Shown: positions 36,910-48,700 of the stretch, piece by piece
How the letters are laid out: each line of letters starts with the position of its first letter
How positions within the stretch are numbered: position 1 is the stretch's first letter
NCBI GenBank assembly: GCA_024679065.1
Contig: JAGIQG010000009.1
Span: forward strand, 96,844,001-96,908,000
DNA length: 64,000 nt
Reading direction: 5' to 3'
Source of the DNA: Sphyrna mokarran
Lineage: Eukaryota
The notes under the pieces: model-generated
Databases searched by the model: none
Told to the model about the DNA's origin: nothing
What the model saw: only the letters and a program-made list of their open reading frames with translations
Translations under genes and position numbers: made by a program

Positions 36910-39085
36910 TTCAATGGGATGTGAAAATTGCTGGCTGGACCAGCATTTATTGTCCCTGTCACTGAGAAAGTGATGGTGACCTACCTTATTGAACCATACG
37001 GTATAGGTGCACCCGCAGTGCTGTGGGGGATTCAGAGGCAATGAAATAGTGTGTATATATATCAAATCTGTATAGTGAACATTGTGGAGAGAAACTTTCT
37101 GTTGCTAGTGTTTGGTGTGCGTGCTGTCTTTCCCCTTCTAGATGGTAGTTGTGGTGGGTTTGGAAGGTAATTGTAAGTTCCGAAATTGTAAGTTCCTACA
37201 TCTTGTAGATTGTGCACATTGCTACAGTTGTGCTTCAGAGTTGGAGGAGATGAATGTTTGTGGATGGGGTGCTTTGTCTTGGATGGTGTCAAGCTTCTTG
37301 ACTGATCTTGGAGCTGCATTCATCCAGGCAAGTGGAGAATATTCTATCACTGTCCTGACGTGTGCCCTGTAGATGATGGATAGGCTTTCAGGAAATATGG
37401 AGGTCAACTATATGCTGCAGTATTACTAGTCTCTGGTTTGTTTGAATTGCCACAGTTATTTAAATAGCCAGTCTAGTTCAGTTTCTGGTCGATGATAACC
37501 CAGGATGTCGAACATTGTGGATTCAACCTTGATAATGCTATTAAAGGTCAAAAGATCGCCGAAATCTCTCTTGTTAGAGATGGTCTTTGCTTGGCACTTG
37601 TATGGCACAAATATCACTTGCCAGCTGTCAGCCCATGCCAGGATATTGTCCCAGTCTGGTTGCATTTGAACATGGGCTGTTTCAGTATCTGGGGGGTTGT
37701 GAATAGTGCTGCGCAATCATCGGTGAATAGCTATACTTCTGACCTTATGATGGAAGGAAATTGATTCGTGAAGCAGGGTTGAGGAGTGCTATTGTCGCTA
37801 GATTAATAATCCATAGACCCCACGCAATATCTGGGGTGACCTGCGTTCAAATCCCACCATAGCAGATAGTGATATTTGAATTCAGTAAAAAAAAACTGGA
37901 ACTGAACGTTTAAAGATGATCATGAAACCATTGTCGATTAATGTAAAAACCCATCTGGTCAGTAATGTCCTCTAGAGAAGGAAATCTATCATCCTTACCT
38001 GGTTTGGGATCTAAAACTGTACGGTTGACTCTCAAATGCCCTCTGAACTGGAAGGAAGTTAGGGATAGGCAATAAATGCTGACCCAGCCAGCGACACCCA
38101 CATCCCCATAAATGAATAAAATCAAAGCTGAAGGTGATTGTGCCAACGGCACAACCCTGAAGAACTCCTACAGTGATGTGCTGAAGCTGAATTAATTGAT
38201 CTCTAACCATCACAAACTACCTTCCTTTGTGCCAGGTATGACTTCAACCAGAGGAGAGTTTTCATCTTGATTCTCCTTGACACCAGTTTTGAAGATACAT
38301 CAAGTCAAATGTGACCATGGTGGCAAGGTTGTTATTTTTCAGCTCACATCTGGCATTCAGATCTTTTGTCTATGTATGAATCAAATAATGAGGCCAGAAA
38401 CTGAGTATCCCTGGCAGAATTCAAGCCTGCCATTAGTGAGCAGGTTATTGCTGAGAAAGCACCACTTATTAACACTGTTGGTTACCCCTTTCATTCCTTG
38501 ACTGATGACTGAGAGTAGGCTATTTAGTCAATAATTGGCCTGGCTGGGCTTGGCCTGTTTTTAATGCACAGGACATACCTGGGCAATTTCCCACATTGCT
38601 GAGTAGACTGCAGAATAGGATCTGTACTGAAACAGCTTAGCTAGAGTCATGAGAAGTTCTGGAGCACGTATCCAATGCTCCAGAACGTCCCACAACTATG
38701 CCAAAATATTGTCAGGGCCCTTAACCTTTGTATCATCTATTGCCTTCAGCCGTTTTTTCGTATCACATTGGGGTGAATTGAATTGGCTGAGAATTAGCAT
38801 CTAAGATGCTGTGGATCGCCAGAGGAGATCACGATGGCTCATCCAGCCTACATTTCTTTGCAGAAGTTGATTATAAACATTTCAGCTTTAGCTTTAGCAT
38901 TGATGAGTTGGGCTCTTCCATCAATAAAGATAGAGATATTTGTGGAGCTGACTCCTACTGTGAGTTGCCTAATTGTCCACTGGCCCTGGGTGCAGCAAAA
39001 CTGCAGAGCTTAAATCTGATCCAGTCATTGCAGAATTGCTTAGCTCTGTCTAGCAGTTGTCACTTATGATGGTTTATATTCAAGG
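36910..39085 (-). mobile_element. Degenerate L2/CR1-group LINE with a nested SINE (~37785-38120, plus)
   Basis: Minus ORF fragments IYRAHVRTVIEYSPLAWM, AWADSWQVIFVPYKCQ, GVLQG. A related 3' copy lies at ~51810-52385 (+). Confidence 0.7.
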
Positions 39086-39089
39086 AGTC

Positions 39090-39930
39090 AAGATGATACC
39101 AAAATTGATGGCATAGTGGACATTCAAAAATGTTATCTTCGATTGCAACAGGACCTTGATCAATTGGGCCAGTGGGCTGACGAATGGCAGATAGAGTTTA
39201 ATTTAGATAAATATGAGGTGATACATTTCAATGGATTGAACCAGGACAGGACTTACTCAGTTAATGATAGGGCATTAGAGAGAGTTACAGAACTAAGAGA
39301 TCTAGGGGTACGTGCTCATAGTTCCTTGAAATTGGAGTCACGGGTGGTCAGAGTGGTGAAAAAGGCATTCAGCATGCTTGGTTTCATCGGCTGGAACATT
39401 GTTGAAATTGTACAAGACGTTGGTGAGGCCACGCTTGGAATATTGTGCACAGTTCTGGTCACCCTGTTATAGAAAAGATATTATTAAACTGGAAAGAGTG
39501 CAGAAAAGATTTACTAGGATGCTACCAGGACTTGTTGGTTTGAGTTATAAAGAGAGGTTGGATAGACTGGGACTTTTGCTCTGGAGCATAGAAGGCTGAG
39601 GGGTGATCTTATAAAGGTCTATAAAATAATGAGGGGAGTCTAAAGCTGGAGGGCATAGGATTAAGGTGAGAGGGGAGAGATACAGAAGTATCCAAAGGGA
39701 CATCTTTTTCACATACAGGGTGGTACAAGCTGCCAGAAATAATAGAAGAGGCGGGTAAAATTTTGTCTTTTAAGGAGCATTTTAGACAGTCATATGGGTA
39801 TGATGGGTATAGAGGGATATGGGCCAAATGTGGGCAACTGGGACTAGCTTTGGAGTTTAAAAAAAAGAGTGACTTGGACAAGTTGTTTCGAAAGGTCTGT
39901 TTCCATGCTGTAAACCTTTAGGATTCTAGG
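39090..39930 (+). mobile_element. CR1 3' fragment
   Basis: LQQDLDQLGQWADEWQ, YKTLVRPRLEYC. Confidence 0.88.
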
Positions 39931-41607
39931 ACTCTCTGAGTCATGTCTTGTCTCTTCACCAGATTGACATCTCACATCTTTGGTATGCTTTGTGCTTTGT
40001 CTTGGCTTAAACATTTTCAAATGCTTTGTTTTGGTTACAGTTTGTGCAATCGATTTCCAAAGACTTACGATCCTCTGACAGAGAAAAATAATCTCCTTAT
40101 CGCTGTGTTAAATGGCCAACATCTTATTTTTAAATAATGACTCCTAGTTCCAAATTCTTCCACAAGAGGAAACATCCTTTCCACATCCACTATGTCAATA
40201 TTCCTCAACCTTCCAATTAAGTGACCTCTTACTCTTCCAAACACTGGCAGATTCAAGTTCTTTCCACATAGGAGATCCCATTTATTCCAGATATTAACAT
40301 CGTAAACTTAGTTGTTTTCAAGTGTTTATATCCTTTCTTTAGTAAAGAGACCAATACTATACACAATATAATGGTCTCGCCATTGCTCTGTATATCTGAA
40401 GTATAATGTCCCTACCTACGCGTTCAATCACCCTCACAATAAATGATAACATTCTATTACTTTATCTAAATACTTGCTGTACCTGTATAATCATCTCCTG
40501 CTATTCGTGCATTGGGACACCCAGATCCCTCTGCATCTTAGAGCTCTGCAGTAAATCTTGCCTGAAGAAAAAGAAGCATCAGGCCATTCAGATGTTTGCA
40601 AAAATGAATTTAAAAAATGAACGGTGGTAAATACTGAGAAAATTCTTCTTGGGAAACATAGGACTGATCTCTCGAAATAAAGAATACGTTACTTATGGCA
40701 GTGAAAGCATTGAGAATCTTTAGGTTCTAATAAAAAAACACTAAAGACGTCCAATTGTTAAGGATATTCACAGCACTGCTAGGTAGACTGAAGTAGAAAG
40801 ATAGTGTGAAGCAATGGATTAGACATGGATCAGCAGAGTTGATTCACACCAAGTGTGGCTAACGCCTTTATTATTTCTTTCCTGACTTCTTAAAGGCGCT
40901 GTTATTTCACCCTCTGGAATCGCAAATGTTGCAGTTGAAATAAGTATAAACTTGCCGCGTAAAGTACAATTGTAGTAATCTTAAATCCAGGCAAATAACC
41001 ATACCAATAATTTACATACCAAAGCATTGCCCTAAAATGTTGCTGATAAGCAGGAGACACCGCACTGGTTAATTTGCCAATTCTTCTGGTAGATCACGAA
41101 CATACACCCTGTTATCTGTCCTAACCACTGTTTGCTGATGATAACTGTTCTCCCTCTGGACTTAATTCACCGATCAATAACAAATATTGTGCAACTGCTC
41201 TGGTTTATTTCCCATTATCTTGTGTTTGTAGACGGGAAATTACTGCATAGAAATGCACAGAAAAAATACACCATTTAACTTCCAGAGATAATTAGACATA
41301 GAAGATTACAATGGTGCAAAGTTCTCCAACAGGGATATGAATTGCAACCTCCATGAGAAAATGCATTGACATAGGGATAGAGTCACTGGATCCATGGCAA
41401 AATTGTATAAAATTGGATTAACTCAGCAGTATCACCTCAGAGAGAAACACGACAATCTTGTGACCTGTTGAAATCCTGCCATGATAGATGGTGAAATCTA
41501 CCTTCCACAAAGGTCTTGGATGGGACTTTCCACCTGTGCTTATCCCAAAACTGGAAAATTTCTCCTGCGTCTAATGGGCCTTTCCCCAGTAGCCCCCCCC
41601 CCAAAAA

Positions 41608-41646
<39 letters not shown>

Positions 41647-44600
41647 CCCCCCCCACCCCACCCCCCACCCCCCACTGCCTGCTATTACTCCTGTGGTGAG
41701 CGGAAAGAGAAATTTCTACTGGCAATTAAAAAAAAACTACTTATGAGTGTGAAACCATTTTCTTTCAAACCCAAGCCGGTTCAATAATGCCCTTCAGGGA
41801 CTCTGGGTTTTAGCTGGTCTGGCCTACTTAATACTCAGCCTAAAGGCAATTAGAGATGGGTATTAAATTATAGTGATGCCCACATCCAATATGTCACTTG
41901 TGTTCTGTAAACTACAAGCCCCTTCAAATAGCATATGTTTCTAAAAGCATAATACTGTGGATGTTAGAATCCAAATTTTTCCTCCCACATACCAAAAATG
42001 TGCTCTTAGGCTGATTGGGTAACAAATTGTCCCTATATGGGAATCTTCAACAATAGGCATAGCCTAAAGTCAAGAATATGTCATTAAGACGTTAGGACGG
42101 CGGCGTGGGCTCGTTGGGCCGAAGGGCCTGTTTCCCGTGCTGTGTTGCTCTTTGTTCTTTGTTCTTTGTAAATAAGAATAGCTCTGAAGTAGGGTCAGAC
42201 AGATCTGAAATATTGGCTCTATTCTCTCTCCACAGATGCTGTTTGACCTGCTGAGATTTTCCAGCATTTCCTGGTTTTGTTGTAGCACCTTCTTGTGCTT
42301 AATAGAATGCTTACATTTGGCTGAAAAGAGGGATCTATATCATGCTCTTAGTTGGAATGGTAATATGGAGACCCTTGTAAACTCTAAGGAGATTAGGTTT
42401 TACAACTCATCAGGCACCTCTGATAATGCTGCACTATATCAGCATTATGTTGACTTATCAACTTGGACTTTTGGTCTCAGAATCCACCTTCCCCCCAAAC
42501 TCTTCCCCCCTAGATTCCCAGGCGTGAGACTTACTAACTGAGCTAGTGTTGACCTAAGGCTTTCTCTCCGTCCGGCCAGCTGTACAGCAGTATTCAGTGA
42601 AATAGAACTTCCATCAGAGTAGATCTCCATTTGACATGTTAGGAAGTTCTCCCCGTGTGAGCACGGGTTTCGTCCAGGTGCTCCATTTTCTTCCCGCACT
42701 GCAAAGATCTGTAGGTTAGGTGGATTGGCCATGACAAATTGCCTCTTATTGTCCAAGAATGGGTAAGATCAGGTGGATTAGCCAGGGTAAATGCATGGGG
42801 TTATCAGGGTAGTGCGGGAGAGGAAGAAAAGATGCTCTTTAGTAATCTATCCAGACTCATGAACAGAATCCCTAGAACACTTATAACGCAGAAAGAGACC
42901 ATTCGGCCCATTGAGCCTACACCGACAACAATCCCACCCAGAGCTTATCCCTATAAATCCACATATTTGCTCTGCTAATCTCCCTGATACTAATTAGTCG
43001 AATGACTTCCTTTGGTATTGGAAAGATTCAGTGAAACTAGGCTTCTTTCCATTTTTTTTCACCCATTGTTCTCACACATCAACACAGCAACAAAAAACTG
43101 ACACGAATTCACAGAGAGATTGCCCAGGAAGAACACAGAGCGGGTGTTAAATTGGTATTATTGCAGTGACAATTCTATGCTACTCAGGCAGTGAAAACTT
43201 GCTTTGCATCTGACTGGTGCCTAATTCTCTATTAACATTAAGGATCCACGCTTAGCTGCCATGCACTGGCAGCGATTCATGTTGTTTATTTGCAAGTACA
43301 AGATTACTCATTAACATCACTCAACCTCGAACCCACAAACAGCCGGTCACTTGCATTGTGCGCTGTGAAAATGCCATCTCTCTGTGATTACATAATGGCC
43401 GACGCTGCAGCCTCGGTGTCTGGTTGTTCAAAAGCAACATACGGAATCTTACGGCTTTGCTCGGGTGAGACGGAAGATTCACGCCTGAGGCCAACTGAGA
43501 TTTCGGACTCTCGCCAGCGCCAATTACGAGGCGGGCGCGCTGGTGGACCTCCGACTAAGAAAAACAAATCTAATAATTGCAGACTTCCATTCATACATAT
43601 GACCCACGCTTCAGTCCAAATTAAAACTAGTTGGCGTCTAAGTATAAAGGATAAGTATAAAGATTTCGCCTCTTCCTCAAATATCTTCGATGGGAAGAGC
43701 TGGTGACACTTCGCAGTAGGAATGAGAGCGTTTTAGCCAGTTTAATTCCACTTTTATAACAACTACGGCGATTTCAGCCCTTGGCCAAGGGTTTGCACCT
43801 GATTTAAACTGAGTTTGTTATTTGGTCTGACCTTAAAAGAGGCCGAGGGTTTGTCAGCCCCCCTATACAACGGCTGACATGTCGCCACAGTTCAAATGCT
43901 GGGGATTTGTGCATAGCAAGGCTGCAGACACTGCAATCTGGTAGCTCATCAGATAGTGTTGCTGTGAAACTAATAACTGAATAGGAGTGTGGGAAGGAAC
44001 ACATTTATCCGGGTTGGTTTAGTGTTAGTTTGGCCTCAGCGATTCCATTGACCACCCCTTGCTGGCATTGAGAGTACAGCAGGCCAATCGATCCATCTAG
44101 CCCATGGTGGGGTTTCTGTACACAAGGCCCCTCTTCCCCACCTCCCTCATCCCATCGGGGCTTCTTTCTATCATCTTCTGCTTAGCCGCCCAGTAAATAC
44201 AGCCACCCTCCCTATTCCATACCCTCACCATCCTCTGGGTTAAAGAAATAATACTCCGAATAATACTGGCATTCTTATATTCATTGCCGTCTAAGTTTGC
44301 TTTCCCGGAAGAGAGAACGTTTAATGCACGTTGTCGCAATCAAACAGTTGCATTAACTGAAAAATGTCTATCAGAATGTATACCACCCACTCGGCCGCAG
44401 TCTCCCCACCCCTCCCCCTCCCCCCACATACACACGCACACGCAAAACCTCCAAGTGTTAGATTTTGTTAAGCAAAGGGATGCAGCAGCATCAAACTATT
44501 CATTAGTCTCCAACATTTCAATCATGGTTTAGCTCATAGAAATAGAAACCCTACAGTACAGAATGAGGCCATTCAACTCATTGAGTCTGCACCGACTACA

Positions 44601-44919
44601 GCTACCCCCCCCCCCCCCCCCCATATTTACCCACCCTCTAATCTACACATCTCAGGACACTAAGGACAATTTTAGCATGCCCCATCAACCTAACCCACAC
44701 ATCTTTGAACTGTGGGAAGAAACCAGAGCCCCCGGAGGAAACCCACGCAGACACGAGGAGAATGTGCAAACTCCACACAGACAGTGACCCAGCCGGGAAT
44801 CGAACCCAGCTCCCTGGAGCTGTGAAGCAGGAGTGCTGACCACTGAGCTACCGTATGGTTTAATTCTCGTATTTCGTCTTCACGGCTTTTCCAGGTTCAC
44901 TCTTTTCATCTTTTGTATG

Positions 44920-45215
44920 AATCCATCCATCCATCCATCCACCCACCCACCCATCTGTTTACCAGTCTGTCAGTTTGTCTGTCTACTTATCCATCAGTGT
45001 CTGTCCAGCCGACCGTCCGTCCATCCATCCATCCATCTGCCTATCTAGCTTTCTGTCTATAACCCGTCTATCTTGCTGTCCATCCATCTGTCTATCTATC
45101 TGTCCGTTTGTCTATCTGTCTATTTATCCGTTTATCATTCCGTTTATCCATCAATCCATCCATCCGCTTGTAAGTCTATCTCAGTCCATCTATCCATCTG
45201 TCTATCTGTCCATAT
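44920..45215. repeat. (CCAT/CTAT/CTGT)n tetranucleotide tract; a similar tract lies at ~61125-61450
   Basis: Directly visible. Confidence 0.9.
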
Positions 45216-45509
45216 AATTCATAATATATGTCTATGTATGTATATAAATATACAAAAAAGACTACAATTTTGCACTAGTTTCGAGAGTGGTTGGACAGAA
45301 AGATCAATACAATTTCAAGTTTTTTTTAAAGTTCTATCCGACCAGAATGTCTTTTAGTAATTTGATTACTTCTCGTGGCTTTATTGTCCTATGTGACTAT
45401 TTTTTGGAATTGATATTCCCCTAGGTTCGTTTGCTCATCCACCCAGGTAAAACTCTTATCTGAGGAAGAAGGGACTTTTTAAAATGTTTTTATTGAATCC
45501 TCGGCGCAA

Positions 45510-45719
45510 GCTCCGGGAAAAACCCGGACAGGGAGAATATGTGCAATCCATTTGGCGCACGCACTTCCAGGTTAAATGTCTAGCAATGTAAATAAGTAAC
45601 TTTCAAATCAATATTATTGCCTAGAATATCTACAAAACATCCCAAAGGACTGTTTCATTGCACAGGCAGGTTGGCTCGGCTTGCTCCAGCCTGCAGGCAG
45701 TGGGGAAATTTTTCTAACA
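45510..45719 (+). promoter_or_regulatory. Putative C4 proximal promoter
   Basis: Non-repetitive DNA directly upstream of the ATG with NF-kB-like GGGAAAAACCC (~45515) and GGGGAAATTT (~45702), HNF1-like GGTTAAATGTCTAGC (~45570) and an HNF4-like CAAAG core (~45643). Motif matches by eye only. Confidence 0.35.
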
Positions 45720-45784
45720 ATGGGTCAGGCTGTGTTCCTTCTCTGGCTCTCTGTGCTAATACCTGCTGCTGAACAAGCTCCATC
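45720..45784 (+). CDS. C4: C4 exon 1 (signal peptide)
   Basis: acaATGG, hydrophobic leader, TC|GTAAGT phase 2, 65 nt. Confidence 0.88.
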
Positions 45785-48700
45785 GTAAGTATGCTACGCT
45801 TTGTGAACGGCTTCCAGTTATTAAAAGCGTGCAATATTTTTTAAGAAGAATCACCTTAATGTGGATTGCGTTCACTCTTATAAATCATTAGAATGAATGA
45901 ATTGTAAGCCAAGTGCAATTGGTGAACCAGCGGCATCTCCTGGCGAGATATTAAACCGGTTTTCACTTTAGACTCTCACTTCGAAGCATAGTGGAGATGT
46001 CTCCGATATCCCGGCCTTTCATCCTTATTCCAAATGAGAGGACAATTCAAAAACACTGAAAAACAAGGGATCGTTTCACTCATTCCTCGTTGATTTGATT
46101 TGATTTATTATTGTCACATATATTGGAATATAGTGAAATGTATTGTTTCTTGCGCGCTATTCAGATAAAAACATACCGTTCTAAGCTACATAGGAGAGAA
46201 GGAAAGGAGTAGGTGCGGAATATACTGAACATTATTGGAGAGATGTGGGATATTGTGTGAAAATAGATCGCTACTTTTCTTGCACCGGTGACTGTACTTC
46301 ATAACTGAACACGTGTGGAGAGGATTTTGTGCTCCAATTCTTCCTTTATTTTGCTGGTGTAGTTTGTGCTAGCTGCAGGAAACTGGGAGAGTTTCATTCA
46401 GACTAAAGGCTCTTCCTAATGATTAGAGAATCTTCACTACACGGATGCATCCATTTCTTCCTGTATGAATAGGTGTGTGTGTGCATCTGCGTTCACGTGT
46501 GCGTGTGTGAGTGTTTGTGTGATCTGTGTGTGTTTGCTTATGTGTGTGTGTGTGTGCATGCGACTGAGAGTTTGTGTGGAAGTTTGTGGGCTTTGAGTAT
46601 TTGTGTGGTGTGGGCCCATGTGTCTGCTTGTGTGAGTCTGTCTGTTCTTGAATGTGGTGTGTGTGCACATTTTATGTGTATGTGTGTTTCTGTGTGTGCT
46701 CCTGTATGACTGTTTGTGTGAGTCTGTGTGTTTGCATTTGTGTGTGTGCGTAGGTGTGTGTGTGTGTGTGTGTGTTTGGTAGGAGGTGTGAGTTTTTATC
46801 TGGTGGGCACCCGGGTGTCTGTGTGTGACTCCCGTGTGTGTTTGCAAGTGTGAATATGTTTGTGTGTGAGAGAGAGAATAAATGAGCGCCTGCTATGATG
46901 GAAACAGCCTGAGTTTGTGTGAATGTTTATATGTGTACGTGCATGAGGGTGCTAGTGTACACACAAGTCTGAATGTATAGATGTAGAACATTACAGCACA
47001 GAACAGGCCCTTCGGCCTTCGATGTTGTGCCGACCAAAATAAAAAGCAATGCCCCTCCAAACTAAACCATTCCCTTCTCTTCCATATACTTATCAATTAA
47101 CCTCTTAAACGCCACCAAACTTGGCGCATCTACAACAGCTGCAGGCAGGGCATTCCACTCCCTAATCACTCTTTGAGTAAAGAACCTACCTCTGATATCC
47201 GTCCTATAACTCATACCCCTTAATTTAAAGCTGTGTCCCCTCGTGCTAGCTTTCTCCATCCTAGGAAAAAGGCTATCACTGTCCACCCTATCTAAACCTC
47301 TAATCATCTTATATGCTTCAATAAGATCCCCTCTTAGCCGCCTCCTTTCTAACGAAAACAACCTCAAATCCTTCAACCTCTCTTCATAGGACCTGCCCTC
47401 CATACCAGGCAACATCCTGGTAAACCTCCTCTGTACCCTCTCCAATGCCTCCACATCTTTCTTATAATGTGGGGACCAGAACTGCACACAATACTCCAAG
47501 TGCGGCCGCACTAGAGTTTTGTACAGTTGCAACATGATGCTGCGGCTCCTAAATTCAATCCCCCTACCAATAAAAGCTAAGACTCCATATGCCTTCTTAA
47601 CAACTTTATCCACTTGACTGCCTACTTTCAGGGATCTATTGACACATACACCAAGATCCTTCTGTTCCTCAACACTATTAAGAGCCCTACCATTAGCCCT
47701 ATACTCTACACATTTATTGTTCCTGCCAAAGTGCATTACCTCACACTTTTCCACATTAAACTCCATTTGCCACCTCTCGGCCCAGCTCTGCAACTTGTCC
47801 AAGTCACTCTGTAAACTATAACACCCCTCTTCACTATCTACCACTCCACCGACTTTAGTGTCATCTGCAAATTTACTGATCCATCCCTCAATACCCTCAT
47901 CCAGATCATTTATAAAAATTACAAACAGCAGGGGCCCCAAAACAGACCCCTGAGGCACACCACTTGTCACCGAAGATGTATATCTATCATAGATCATATA
48001 TCATATATCATATATATATCATATATCATAGATGTATATCATAGATATCATATATCATAGATATATGATCATATATCATAGATGTATATCTATGTACATA
48101 GCAGATGAGAGCAGGCTCGCCTCCAAGCTACAATCCCAAGTGCAAATCACACAAGATACCTTACCAAGCAGCAGGATTACATCTTGTGTCAAGAAAAAAA
48201 CACATGCAGCCCTTGGTGAAATTGCACAATGCGGCTGTACAACAAAATTCCAGGCGGTGCACTTGATTGCATGATGTCAAGTTTGTTTTATCTAATACGA
48301 ATGGCAATCCAAATAATACAGTGTTGAAATCTGTTTTTGTCAGCACGGTGCCATTGCCTACCTTCTAACCCAAGAGCCTGAACGGCCCAAACATCTTAAG
48401 TTATACTAGTCCTTTAATTTTGAAACTTCTGGAAAGCCTGTTGCAAAGACAAAGCAGCAGCACTTAGTGCGAATGTCTGCCCTTTGCTACATATACATTT
48501 GATGATCCATTCATCAGTCTCTGATGGGTAACTGGTTGAGTTCCTATGGTGTGACGGTTCGTTTTGCCCAGTCTGCTTTCCAGTTGAAAAATGAACCTAG
48601 AGGCAGAATGAAGTGAGCAGGGAGCGTGGACTCTTTTCAAACCGAAGTTTTCAGATCCGACTTACGTCTAAGCACCGAAATTGAAAATGAATGTCTAATC

